This document shows, in pieces, positions 1 to 9,190 of a stretch of DNA of 64,000 nucleotides. The translations under genes and the position numbers were made by a program. Under the pieces are notes generated by a model. That model was not told where the DNA came from, did no database searches, and worked only from the letters and a program-made list of their open reading frames with translations. Origin of the DNA: Henriciella sp. (lineage in GTDB: Bacteria > Pseudomonadota > Alphaproteobacteria > Caulobacterales > Hyphomonadaceae); contig JAQWGO010000085.1 in assembly GCA_029238175.1 (NCBI GenBank), forward strand, positions 2,995-66,994. The letters run 5' to 3'. The first letter of the stretch is position 1. Every line of letters begins with the position of its first letter.

Positions 1-167
1 TCAGCACCATTATCAGCCGCCCAATTAGTACCGGCCTTTTTAGGGTGCGTACCCGCAACCATCTTCGTGCCGTAATAATCAAGCGCTTGATTGGTGTGAA
101 ATGATCCGGTCTTGCCCGTCAGGCCCTGAACGATGATCTTTGTATTGTTGTCGATTAGAATAGACAT
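1..167 (-). CDS. sucD: succinate--CoA ligase subunit alpha, N-terminal part (gene continues past the left edge)
   Basis: The reverse complement from the ATG at 167 reads [46 protein letters not shown]. This is the conserved SucD N-terminus with its CoA-binding glycine motif. It starts 5 nt after the sucC stop. Confidence 0.88.
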   Translation of the reverse strand, partial: MSILIDNNTKIIVQGLTGKTGSFHTNQALDYYGTKMVAGTHPKKAGTNWAADNGA

Positions 168-172
168 GGTTC

Positions 173-1363
173 TTAAGCGCCTTTCACTGCGGCAACAATT
201 TTTTGTGCAGCGTCATCTAGGTCATCGGCAGGAATAATATTCATGCCGCTCTTAGCGAGGATAGCTTTACCCTGATCAACGTTCGTGCCTTCGAGACGAA
301 CGACGAGTGGTACAGCCAGATTTGTTTCTTTCACGGCCTGAATAACGCCCTCGGCGATGACGTCACATTTCATGATGCCGCCAAAGATGTTGACCAGAAT
401 ACCCTTAACCGCAGGGTCTTTCATGATGATCTTGAACGCTGCTGCAACCTTTTCAGCATTCGCGCCGCCGCCAACGTCACAGAAGTTTGCCGGCTCTTCA
501 CCGTAAAGCTTGATGATATCCATCGTCGCCATGGCAAGGCCAGCACCGTTGACCATACAGCCGATTGTGCCGTCCAGCGCGATATAGGCGAGATCCCATT
601 CAGACGCTTCGATTTCTTTTTCGTCTTCCTCAGTGGTGTCGCGAAGTTCCATAATGTCTGGGTGACGGAACAATGCGTTGCCATCGAAAGACACTTTGGC
701 GTCCAGAACGCGAAGGTCGCCGCTGTCCATAACGATCAGCGGGTTGATCTCTAACATCGCCATGTCTTTTTCAGTGAAGGCTTTATAGAGGATCGGGAAC
801 AGTTTCATGCCGTCTTCGCGGGCTTTGCCTGTAAGCTCCAGCGCATCACAGATTTTCGCAGCATCAGCATCGCTCACGCCGTCACCGACAGGAAGCGTTA
901 GAATTTTTTCGGGCGTGTCGTGGGCAACTTCTTCGATGTCCATGCCACCTTCGGTCGACGCAACGAATGCCACTTGGCCAGTTGCACGATCAACAAGCAT
1001 TGAGAGGTAAAGCTCACGGTCAATGTCAGCGCCATCTTCAACGTAAAGACGGTTCACTTGCTTACCGGCATCAGTCGTTTGCGCCGTCACCAATGTGTTA
1101 CCTAGCATCGCCTTGGCGTGTGACATCACTTCCTCTTTAGAGAAAGCAAGGCGAACGCCGCCCTTTTCGCCAGCTTCGGCCTCAAGGAACTTACCTTTAC
1201 CGCGTCCACCTGCGTGAATTTGGCTTTTCACGACCCAAAGCGGCCCTGGCAGAGTGTCGATCGCTGTCTGGACATCGTCCAAAGTTAGAATCGGCACACC
1301 TTCGGCGACAGGCGCGCCAAACGATTTTAGAACGGCCTTAGCCTGGTATTCGTGAATGTTCAT
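173..1363 (-). CDS. sucC: succinate--CoA ligase (ADP-forming) subunit beta
   Basis: 396-aa ORF with the canonical SucC N-terminus [19 protein letters not shown]. It has ATP-grasp then CoA-ligase layout and is followed by sucD. Confidence 0.97.
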   Translation of the reverse strand: MNIHEYQAKAVLKSFGAPVAEGVPILTLDDVQTAIDTLPGPLWVVKSQIHAGGRGKGKFLEAEAGEKGGVRLAFSKEEVMSHAKAMLGNTLVTAQTTDAGKQVNRLYVEDGADIDRELYLSMLVDRATGQVAFVASTEGGMDIEEVAHDTPEKILTLPVGDGVSDADAAKICDALELTGKAREDGMKLFPILYKAFTEKDMAMLEINPLIVMDSGDLRVLDAKVSFDGNALFRHPDIMELRDTTEEDEKEIEASEWDLAYIALDGTIGCMVNGAGLAMATMDIIKLYGEEPANFCDVGGGANAEKVAAAFKIIMKDPAVKGILVNIFGGIMKCDVIAEGVIQAVKETNLAVPLVVRLEGTNVDQGKAILAKSGMNIIPADDLDDAAQKIVAAVKGA

Positions 1364-1532
1364 GGGGGTTTCAGCCTCTTGCAGCTTGAGCAGGCCTTTA
1401 TTGCACCTGCGAAGTCGCGCCGCTTATAGCATCGCAGAAGGCGCTGACAACCGTAAGAACTGGTCAGATAGCGCTGTCATGCATTATGCCTCTGCGTAAT
1501 ATAACGCAGCCACCGACTGAAATCTCTGCGAA

Positions 1533-2771
1533 CTAATCTGAACGCGGGTCAACCTCACCCTTTGCCGCCAATAGCGGCGTTGTAGGGTTCCAAGGCTCTT
1601 GCGCAGCCTCTGGCGGTTCGTTGCGTGCTGTGCGGCGCCACATCATAGCGATGACCATGACGAAGCTGAGCACGGCCGCCATACCAAATAGCGCTCCACT
1701 ACCGGGCAACAGTTGCACTAAGGCGCCTGCGATAAGCGGCCCTAAAACCGATCCAAAGGCCCATACAAATAGGATACCCGCCATCGCTTGCGCTATTTTT
1801 CCCTGCGGACACCAATCGATTATGTGCGCCACAGCAACACCATAGAATGACAGCGTTCCTGCGCCCCATAAAGCGAGCAGGCATAAGACGATTGCACCTG
1901 GCAAAATTGGCCCAAGTAGTAACACTGTTGATGCGATGCCAGCTGCGCCTGTCATAATCGCGATTACAAGTCTTCGATCGAACCGATCTGAAATTTTACC
2001 AGCTGGCCACTGACTCAAAAGCCCTCCGCCCCACGCCGCCGCCGCCGCAATTGCCGCCAAACTCGTCGCACTCATACTCAAATCAGAAAGCGCGCTAACG
2101 GCATAGATCGGCAAGAATGCCAACGTCCCAGTATTGATCACACCCGCCAGAAACGCCGCAATGACGCCTGAAGGGGCCAGTTCATAAAGCTGCTTCAGGG
2201 ACAAAGGCTCTGTATCTGGAATGGGTGGCTCGCCGCGCCGTGTCAGACAGACTGGCAGAAGCGACAGCGCCATAAAAATCGCCCCCCACATATATGGGCG
2301 GTTATCAATTGCCGACATGCCGAGCGCAAAGAACGGCCCGATAATCAGCGCCACCTTCGCCATCAAATGATAGAACCCGCTAACTCCGCCACGCTTTTCG
2401 GCAGGCACCGCAGCCCCCAACCAAGCTTCAATTGATGAAAACATAAAGGCCAGCGCAATTCCCTGCACCAGCCGGATCACTGACCATGCCCACGCATCCA
2501 GAAGCAGATGCATACTCAGAATCGAAACTGCCGCGAGCGCTGCCGCAGCTGAATAGACACGGATGTTACCGAATATCCGAATAGCATCCGCTGAATAGCG
2601 AGCACCAATCATAAACCCGATCGAATTGAGAGCGCCCACAATACCGATAGAGACCGTGCCTGCTCCCATTTCAGATAGGCCAAGCGGGGTCAAAACCCCC
2701 AAAATACCGCCGCCAAGCTGCAACAAAGTTACAGCTGCGATAAGCACCCAGACATTACGATAATCAGCCAT
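1533..2771 (-). CDS. MFS transporter
   Basis: 412-aa highly hydrophobic ORF with about 12 predicted TM helices and a central basic loop (LTRRGEPP). Substrate is unknown. Confidence 0.8.
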   Translation of the reverse strand: MADYRNVWVLIAAVTLLQLGGGILGVLTPLGLSEMGAGTVSIGIVGALNSIGFMIGARYSADAIRIFGNIRVYSAAAALAAVSILSMHLLLDAWAWSVIRLVQGIALAFMFSSIEAWLGAAVPAEKRGGVSGFYHLMAKVALIIGPFFALGMSAIDNRPYMWGAIFMALSLLPVCLTRRGEPPIPDTEPLSLKQLYELAPSGVIAAFLAGVINTGTLAFLPIYAVSALSDLSMSATSLAAIAAAAAWGGGLLSQWPAGKISDRFDRRLVIAIMTGAAGIASTVLLLGPILPGAIVLCLLALWGAGTLSFYGVAVAHIIDWCPQGKIAQAMAGILFVWAFGSVLGPLIAGALVQLLPGSGALFGMAAVLSFVMVIAMMWRRTARNEPPEAAQEPWNPTTPLLAAKGEVDPRSD

Positions 2772-2808
2772 GGCAGACCTCTAGACCTGCTCAATTGGCA
2801 GTTGATGC

Positions 2809-3996
2809 CTATTGTACGCCAATCTCGTCAAAAGCAAGACTGTTCTGACGGACTGTGTTTCCGGCATTATCCTTGACTTTAAGGTCTATGCGACGGGCAT
2901 CCCAGTCAATCTCCACAGCACCGAAATTTTCAGGTGGATAGCCCGCGCCAACTTGGCGAGCATCCATCTCATCTGTTTCTGTTGCAAAGGCGACGTTCAA
3001 CGACGACGCCGTCAACTCATGCGCCGTGTAAGGCAACACACCATCCTCTTCATAAAGGTAAGACGCGTGACGATCTCCTGACAAGAAGACCACGCCATTT
3101 GCGCCTGTGGTGCTCACAAGGTCGAATAGGCGTTGGCGTTCATCTGGCATCGTGGACCAAGCCTCCCAACCATGAGTCGTTGGCATGACTTGAATCGAAG
3201 AAGCGATAAGACGAATGTCGGCGGGCTGCTGAAGTTGGTTTTCCAACCATGTCCATTGGGCGGTGCCCAGCATATCTTGCATCGAACCGGAAGGTGCAGG
3301 AAGATAACGCTCTTTGCCCTTTGCGCCCCAATCGTCAGTCGGCGTTAGAGCTGATCGGAAGAAGCGGGTATCAAGCATGATGACCTGAACACGCTGCCCC
3401 TCAGGACCAAAACTACGCGCGTAATAAGTACCTGGCCATTGGCCGACGTCTTTATCCTGCAAACCCCAGAAATTCTCGTGGATACGCTCTGCTAGGCCGC
3501 GGAACGGGAACTCTTTACCAGCATCATTCGCACCGTAGTCATGGTCATCCCATGACACCATCATCGGGATAGTTGCGCGGACTTTCTGAAAATCTTCGCG
3601 GGCCGCTAGATCGGCAAAAGACTCTTTTACCTCATCTAAATCAGCCTGATTATTCACATAGCCCCGTCCATCGCGGTCGCCGTAAACATTGTCACCAATC
3701 ATCAAGAGCAGATCACCGCCCTCTTTCGCCATACTCATCAGCGCGGGGGCTTCGTCCTTTTCCTCATCCAGGCAAGACGCCAGCAATATTTTCGAAATCA
3801 CCGCATCGTCAGCCGGAAGGCTCATTCCAGCGGGTGCTTTCGGCAAAGCGCTGTCTGGGATCGTGTCGTAATAAAGGTCGAGCGCCTCTTGGGCGGAATC
3901 AGGTTTTGGCGCGAAGATATGCGTAATACCGCCCGTTTCAGTTATACATCCACTCAGCGCAAATAATGCCGCTCCAGCCAAAAATGCCCGCTTCAT
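2809..3996 (-). CDS. PhoD-like alkaline phosphatase/phosphodiesterase, lipoprotein
   Basis: Metallophosphatase motifs are present (GDNVYGD, SWDDHDYGANDAG, FLSGDRH). I trimmed the start to MKRAFLAGAALFALSGC, which is a signal peptide plus lipobox. The track start at 4149 would overlap the upstream gene. Confidence 0.8.
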   Translation of the reverse strand: MKRAFLAGAALFALSGCITETGGITHIFAPKPDSAQEALDLYYDTIPDSALPKAPAGMSLPADDAVISKILLASCLDEEKDEAPALMSMAKEGGDLLLMIGDNVYGDRDGRGYVNNQADLDEVKESFADLAAREDFQKVRATIPMMVSWDDHDYGANDAGKEFPFRGLAERIHENFWGLQDKDVGQWPGTYYARSFGPEGQRVQVIMLDTRFFRSALTPTDDWGAKGKERYLPAPSGSMQDMLGTAQWTWLENQLQQPADIRLIASSIQVMPTTHGWEAWSTMPDERQRLFDLVSTTGANGVVFLSGDRHASYLYEEDGVLPYTAHELTASSLNVAFATETDEMDARQVGAGYPPENFGAVEIDWDARRIDLKVKDNAGNTVRQNSLAFDEIGVQ

Positions 3997-4072
3997 GCCG
4001 AATCTCCCGTTAAAATGCTCCCTGCGATTCCTTATGCAGGAACCTAGACACAAAGATAACAGATTTTCGGGC

Positions 4073-4618
4073 TTAGACGGCAAAAAAGATATGCCACATG
4101 AGGCGGCCCGGCAGGAAAGAGAACATTCCAGCGATGACCATCGCCCCAAAAAACATACCGGTCATGGTTTTGCGATGCTTCTGGACCTGCTTTCGACGTA
4201 TCGCTGCAATGCCAAACGGCAGACCAATCATCGTCCACGCAGACAATGCGTGGATTGGACTATAGCTTGAGCCCATCAAGCCCGTCAGAAAAAATGACGA
4301 TATCGCAGTGACACTCATGGACGTGACCCAGACCCAACCAAAGGTCTTGTGAAGCCGAAACCCTTTCGGCGCGATCAATAAGAAAGCGCCGATGCTGAAT
4401 GATAGGAGCGCTGCCGCAACATGAATTTGCGTTGCAATCGAGCTCGCTTGTAACGGCTCCAGAGAAATCCGGAACTGTGGGTCGAGACTTGGATTAGCGC
4501 GAAGAATGAAAAAGCTGACGATCAGATAGATAATGGAAGCAATGCTAATCGTCCAAACCCAACCCGGCACCTTTTTCAGGATACCGAGTGGGCTTCGCTT
4601 TGTTGCGATGTCAGCCAT
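4073..4618 (-). CDS. DUF2306-like integral membrane protein
   Basis: 181-aa ORF with about 5 TM helices. Family assignment is from memory of the DUF2306 layout only. Confidence 0.6.
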   Translation of the reverse strand: MADIATKRSPLGILKKVPGWVWTISIASIIYLIVSFFILRANPSLDPQFRISLEPLQASSIATQIHVAAALLSFSIGAFLLIAPKGFRLHKTFGWVWVTSMSVTAISSFFLTGLMGSSYSPIHALSAWTMIGLPFGIAAIRRKQVQKHRKTMTGMFFGAMVIAGMFSFLPGRLMWHIFFAV

Positions 4619-4627
4619 GCTAGCGCC

Positions 4628-6136
4628 CTATGCCCACGTTCCATGGAACCCGAGTGGCCAGCTATAATCAGCCTGCCAGATACAAAGTGGACCGTCACTC
4701 ACGCCCGCCGCATCGAAGACGACGATCTCGCGCTTCCCGGATTTGATATTCAATACCGGGCCGACCAGCCAGCTTTCTTCTTCAGTGGTGCCACCCGGCT
4801 TTGGTACGAACAGAAACTCCTCTACCATCCGCGTATCTCCAAAATTGAACCTGTCAGCGTGATCTGTCTCCCAATTGTAAACGGTAAGGCTAGTTGCGCC
4901 TGGCGAGACTGAAGACGCCCCCGTCACAAGCGCCGTTAGCTTGCGCGGTTTGCCATGGAAACGCGGGTCAACTTGCGGGAAATCGCCATCAAGATCTGTT
5001 TCGATCAGTTTGGCATCGCCGCTGGTTGGAATCACAATCTGTGTGAAGACACTGTTGAAACTACCATATTCAGGTGTCCACTCGCCGCGAATTTCAGGAC
5101 CGCCGCCATCTTGACCCAGGATAGGCTCAGCATAAAGCGCCGCATCCAAACGGATCGTTCCGTCGCTTTCTTCCCACGCCGCGCCGGTATGATAGAACGC
5201 TCTGGCGGGTGCCTGCGCCCAGCGGCGTTTACTCGTATCATTTTTGTCGATGATCAGCAGTTTCAATCCATCCTGCGGACGCCATTCGAAGCTATCGATG
5301 AAGGGCGGGATCATTTTCTCATTGATCCAAGGCTGCACCATGATGATCAGGTGGCGGTCGGTCATTGCCCAGTCATGAATATACGCCGAAGCGCCGATGT
5401 TGACCAGCGTATAGTCTTCCAGAACACCCTTGGCGCTAATCCGGTAGATCACAACATTCGAACCGCCAACACCGAGGTTCCAAACACGGCCATCTGGCTC
5501 TGTTTTGGGGTGCGCAAGGAATGGCATGCCAGAGAGATCATCACTCCAACTTTTCACACCCACAGAATCAAGCGTGTCGGCATCCAGTTCATAGGCTGAG
5601 CCACCTTCCCAGAGGGCATATAGCTTTCCATCGATCACAATGACTGACGTATTCGCGGCATTGGCGTCATCTGGCCCCATCATGGGATAGGTCGGATCCC
5701 CCTCTGTCCCAAAGCCCGGCACGAGGAATTTCTGCGCAGCTTGTTCGTCGCGGTGTTTGGTTGTTTGCGCAAAGCGGCCCGTGTGAACGGCTTGACCATC
5801 CTCAATTGCAATCCGGTGGATGAAGCCATCTCCATCAAACCAGTGGCTGGCAAACGTATCGCCGTACTGCATCTGGGCTGGGCCGTTGCGATACAGCGAA
5901 CCTTTCAAACCTGCTGGGACTTTTCCGAACACCAATTTCATCGGTGACGGATCAAAACCTGCTGGTGGCGCATTTTGGTACCCTAGATGCCAATCGGGCA
6001 TCTTCGTGCCTAGGTCAGCAAATGCGGGTGCCATGCCGACACCTGACAACGCTCCAGTTGCGATGCCTGCGCCAATGCCGGTGCCAAGAAAGCTGCGTCT
6101 AGAAAAGTCCATGATCGTCTCCAAGTGTTGGGGCAA
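4628..6136 (-). CDS. carotenoid/apocarotenoid cleavage oxygenase family (RPE65/CCO) with twin-arginine signal
   Basis: 502-aa ORF of the CCO beta-propeller type, with conserved His-containing segments (FASHWFDGDG, YIHDWAMT, FYHTGAAWE, GFHGTW). The N-terminus has SRRSFLGTGIGAG...AFA, typical of Tat export. The track start is TTG; an ATG at 6112 (MDFSRRSFL) is an alternative. Confidence 0.85.
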   Translation of the reverse strand: MPQHLETIMDFSRRSFLGTGIGAGIATGALSGVGMAPAFADLGTKMPDWHLGYQNAPPAGFDPSPMKLVFGKVPAGLKGSLYRNGPAQMQYGDTFASHWFDGDGFIHRIAIEDGQAVHTGRFAQTTKHRDEQAAQKFLVPGFGTEGDPTYPMMGPDDANAANTSVIVIDGKLYALWEGGSAYELDADTLDSVGVKSWSDDLSGMPFLAHPKTEPDGRVWNLGVGGSNVVIYRISAKGVLEDYTLVNIGASAYIHDWAMTDRHLIIMVQPWINEKMIPPFIDSFEWRPQDGLKLLIIDKNDTSKRRWAQAPARAFYHTGAAWEESDGTIRLDAALYAEPILGQDGGGPEIRGEWTPEYGSFNSVFTQIVIPTSGDAKLIETDLDGDFPQVDPRFHGKPRKLTALVTGASSVSPGATSLTVYNWETDHADRFNFGDTRMVEEFLFVPKPGGTTEEESWLVGPVLNIKSGKREIVVFDAAGVSDGPLCIWQADYSWPLGFHGTWA

Positions 6137-6200
6137 AAAAAGCGACCAAGGGGAGAGGTCTGGGAGGAAACGGCCCCTTGGTCTGTTTAGGTCTAAAGAC

Positions 6201-6623
6201 CTAGTTCATTGTAATTGTGTGGGTCCCGCCTTCAGCAGCGACTGTGAACTTTGCGGCTTCCCACTTCGCTGGGCCAAAGCGGCCTTTAGCGTCGTTTGAA
6301 AAGGCATAAGGCTCGGTCGGCATTCCGAACGGGTTGGTGTTCATCTCACCATCGTCATTGACGTCATGGTATAGGCGCACAGCATATTCGCCGGGCTCAA
6401 GGCCGTCGAACGTGACTGTAACCGCATCGCCTTCAACTTTAAGGTTCGCACCCTTCACCGCGCCGTCACCATTATAAGTGGCTTCATCGAACAGGCCCAA
6501 AGTGATCGTGCCTTGCGCCTTTTCGATACCCTCAACATTAAGGGTCAATTCAGAGGCGCTGGCCACAGGAGCCAAAAGAGCGGTTGCAGCGGCTGCAGCG
6601 ATAAGTGTCATAGTGCGTTTCAT
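6201..6623 (-). CDS. DUF2141-like secreted protein
   Basis: Trimmed to MKRTMTLIAAAAATALLAPVASA (signal peptide). The motif NDDGEMNTNPFGMPTEPYAFSN is typical of DUF2141. Confidence 0.7.
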   Translation of the reverse strand: MKRTMTLIAAAAATALLAPVASASELTLNVEGIEKAQGTITLGLFDEATYNGDGAVKGANLKVEGDAVTVTFDGLEPGEYAVRLYHDVNDDGEMNTNPFGMPTEPYAFSNDAKGRFGPAKWEAAKFTVAAEGGTHTITMN

Positions 6624-6743
6624 AAGTAGTCTCCTATAAGTGTCTGTCTGGGAGGCTGTTTGGCCTGCCGTGAAACAATAGATGGCGGAGACTTTTGGCG
6701 ACTGCATCCTGAACTTCGCCGGGGGGCTGGAATCCTTCGCGAA

Positions 6744-7541
6744 ATGCGGCCAATGTCATTCGCGAAACGTGAAATACAGGGGCAAAACGCTTTGCGCATC
6801 GCGATTGACATGAAGAAATACCGCCGGGATATGCTTGTGATGGCTGTGATCGCGGTCTTTTTGACATTCATGAACCCGTTCAACGCCACCGGCCAATTAA
6901 GTTTCCCATTGGCATTGCTTTATTGGTTCGCAATGATCTTTGTCGGCGGCGCCGTCGGCGAAGTCGGGATGAGGATCTACGATCAATTCCGCCCGCAAGG
7001 CCCGGTTTGGGGCATGCTGACCGTCGCTTCAATTACCTCCGCACTCGCGGTTTCGGGTTTCATCATCGCAATTGAAACCGTGTTCAATCGCGGCGTACCG
7101 GCGTCATACTGGCCGCGAATATATGGATTAGTTTTGATCATCTCGATCGGGATTAGCCTTATCACTTATATCACTGAACGCGCGTTCCACCCTCAAGACG
7201 CGGCGACGACTGCTTCGAACCCAACAGATAAATTCATGCAACGCCTGCCGGTAAAGTTTCGAACCGCTGCTCTACACGCCATCGCATCCGAAGATCACTA
7301 TCTGCGCGTCTATACAAGTATGGGCGAAGAATTGATCTTGATGCGCCTTGCTGATGCCGTTCGCGAGCTCGGCGGCGCTGATGGCCTACAAGTGCACCGC
7401 TCATGGTGGATCGCCAAAGCTGGCATTACCGATGAAAAGAAGCAGGATGGTCGAACACTGCTTATCTTAGAATCCGGCACTGAAGTGCCAGTATCAAGAA
7501 GCTATCGCGCCAAGGCGAAAGAAGCCGGCTTCATCGCCTGA
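6744..7541 (+). CDS. membrane-anchored LytTR-domain DNA-binding protein (no receiver domain)
   Basis: About 4 N-terminal TM helices. The C-terminus is LytTR-like (IASEDHYLRVYTSMGEELILMRLADAV...VHRSWWI). The start is uncertain (6660, 6744, 6753 or 6810). Confidence 0.7.
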   Translation: MRPMSFAKREIQGQNALRIAIDMKKYRRDMLVMAVIAVFLTFMNPFNATGQLSFPLALLYWFAMIFVGGAVGEVGMRIYDQFRPQGPVWGMLTVASITSALAVSGFIIAIETVFNRGVPASYWPRIYGLVLIISIGISLITYITERAFHPQDAATTASNPTDKFMQRLPVKFRTAALHAIASEDHYLRVYTSMGEELILMRLADAVRELGGADGLQVHRSWWIAKAGITDEKKQDGRTLLILESGTEVPVSRSYRAKAKEAGFIA

Positions 7542-7820
7542 GCCGTAAGGCCTTCAAATCGTCTTATTCGAAACACGCATAGCCCATATTCGAATCCAAC
7601 AGTGTTCATCAGGACCAAAGAGTTCCATCTAGCCGTCAACGAACAAGACGGCAGGACCGCCAGAACGACGAAAGCAAGAACGATGAACAATTCTCATATC
7701 TTTACCCGCAGCCTGAGCCTTATTTTTACAGGCATCACAGCAGCTACTCTTTTCCTGATGGCCTTCGCGCCATCAGCTTCACTGTTTGCAGGTTAGTAAA
7801 CCGCAACGTTTCCTCCCCTC

Positions 7821-7871
7821 GGCCCCTCATCGCACCCCCCCATGACTCCTCCCAGAGTTAGATGAGGGGCC
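7821..7871. repeat. perfect 11-bp inverted repeat (GGCCCCTCATC ... GATGAGGGGCC) with 29-nt spacer
   Basis: Read directly from the sequence: arms at 7821-7831 and 7861-7871, in the gap just downstream of the DUF1304-like gene. No flanking T-run, so it is not a classical terminator. Confidence 0.6.
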
Positions 7872-7895
7872 ACCCCTTCTCCTAAAAATTTAAGG

Positions 7896-8258
7896 CTAAG
7901 CTTTTTTCCACCACAAAAGCGTCGCCAGTAAAGCGAGCGCCGCTGGTGCGGCCTGCGTGTAAAGGATGGTGAATTTCGCTGTCGCGGACCCAAAGATTCC
8001 TGCAACAACAACACAAAGCAGAAAAAAGATCGCAACATCTTTCTTTCGCGAGATAAGGCTCCAAGCCAAACCAGCCGCTAGAAATCCATTATAAAGACCT
8101 TGATTAGCCGCAAGAACGGCCGTCGTGGCGGACTCAGCCTCGGTCATACTGAAAATATCGCGGCCGATTGGATGATCCCAATAGAACATCTCTAGGACCA
8201 AAATCCCTGCATGTAGCGCGGCGACAAGGGCGATCAGTATAAAAGCGATAGTTTTCAT
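7896..8258 (-). CDS. DUF1304-like small membrane protein
   Basis: Trimmed to MKTIAFILIALVAALH. It has 4 TM helices and the NQGLYNGFLAAGL motif. Confidence 0.7.
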   Translation of the reverse strand: MKTIAFILIALVAALHAGILVLEMFYWDHPIGRDIFSMTEAESATTAVLAANQGLYNGFLAAGLAWSLISRKKDVAIFFLLCVVVAGIFGSATAKFTILYTQAAPAALALLATLLWWKKA

Positions 8259-8277
8259 AGCGCCACTTTGCGCTGAA

Positions 8278-8760
8278 TTAGACTTTCGGTCCACCCGGCA
8301 TTATTGGGCGATCGCGCCAGCCACCCATGCTGCGAACCCGGTCATACATCACCAAAGCGCCTGCCAAGCTGACATTTATACAAAAATTAGTCGGTATTTT
8401 GATGATGTGGGCGCATTTGGCTTGCATCTCTGGCGACAGGTTGCCCCGTTCAGGGCCCAGCACATAAGCGGCCATACGCGGATGCTTAAACTCTGGAAGA
8501 TCGACCGCATCATCGGTCAATTCAATACCGACCATCTGACACTCACGCGGCAGAACAATCTCGTCGATTGATTCCCATTGATAGTAAGGAACGGTCTTAA
8601 ACGTTCTGGATGTATCTGACTTGTAAGCGACTTTTGTGCGATCCTCAGCGTTAACCGAAAAGACGAAGCTTGCACCAAATGCATTTGCGGTTCGCATCAA
8701 TGCGCCAAGGTTCATGGGCTTAGAAATGCCTTCTGCCCCGATCGCGAAATAGCCCTTCAT
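8278..8760 (-). CDS. SpoU/TrmH-family RNA 2'-O-methyltransferase
   Basis: Trimmed to MKGYFAIGAEGISKPMNLGALMRTANAFGA. It has the C-terminal SPOUT knot motifs (YVLGPERGNLS, IPT...SLNVSLAGALVMY). Confidence 0.8.
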   Translation of the reverse strand: MKGYFAIGAEGISKPMNLGALMRTANAFGASFVFSVNAEDRTKVAYKSDTSRTFKTVPYYQWESIDEIVLPRECQMVGIELTDDAVDLPEFKHPRMAAYVLGPERGNLSPEMQAKCAHIIKIPTNFCINVSLAGALVMYDRVRSMGGWRDRPIMPGGPKV

Positions 8761-9098
8761 GCTGCGCCTCCCAAAACAAACCGCCAGATTATGACAACGA
8801 ATAGAGCGCTGCCCGGCGCAAGATATCGCAACTTCCGCGCAAGACGAAAATGCCCAATAGCCTTGGCACATGTCTCTTGTAAAACGTCACTAATCTCTCC
8901 GGGTTGCCCCATCGCCGCGGCCTTGGCGCCAAGCTTGTGATCAGCCGGAGCGGCATCTGGAAACTTATCATGTGCGTTCAATTCAAGCACGCGCATGACC
9001 ATAAATCGCATTTGCGCAGCTAGCAGCCAAATGAACCCAGACAGGGCTAATCCGACAATAAGAAAGATTTTTGCTGCCAAGAAACTAACTCCGTCCAA
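8757..9098 (-). CDS. hypothetical two-TM membrane protein
   Basis: 113-aa ORF with a TTG start. It has hydrophobic N- and C-terminal helices, and its stop overlaps the start of the methyltransferase gene by 4 nt. I recognise no family. Confidence 0.4.
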   Translation of the reverse strand: MDGVSFLAAKIFLIVGLALSGFIWLLAAQMRFMVMRVLELNAHDKFPDAAPADHKLGAKAAAMGQPGEISDVLQETCAKAIGHFRLARKLRYLAPGSALFVVIIWRFVLGGAA

Positions 9099-9190
9099 TA
9101 CCGACGTTCAGAATACGCTACGTCACACCTTCACATCGCCCGTTGCCACGGCTACCAATCTCGCGTCAACGAAACATATGAGGAAACGCC

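Noticed and set aside
421-1010. Track ORFs 421..684(-) and 807..1010(+) inside sucC. The many similar 60-160-aa ORFs nested in or antisense to long conserved genes throughout the window fall in the same class.
   Set aside because: They lie entirely within well-supported genes in other frames or on the other strand. Their composition is Arg/Ser/Pro-rich and low in complexity, typical of shadow ORFs in GC-rich DNA. They have no RBS or family resemblance.
2809-4149. Long N-terminal extensions given by the ORF track. Examples are PhoD to 4149, DUF2141 to 6707, the methyltransferase to 8871, the Hcp-like gene to 35373, the S9 peptidase from 43427, and pth to 53179.
   Set aside because: The track extends to the furthest in-frame ATG/GTG/TTG. 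The extensions overlap neighbouring genes, lack RBSs, and precede obvious signal peptides or conserved N-termini, so I used the internal starts.
7561-7600. TTCGAATCC, resembling a tRNA T-loop.
   Set aside because: It is preceded by ATA rather than GG. I could find no acceptor stem, D-arm or anticodon arm around it. I recognised no tRNA gene anywhere in the window, but I could not run a tRNA scanner.
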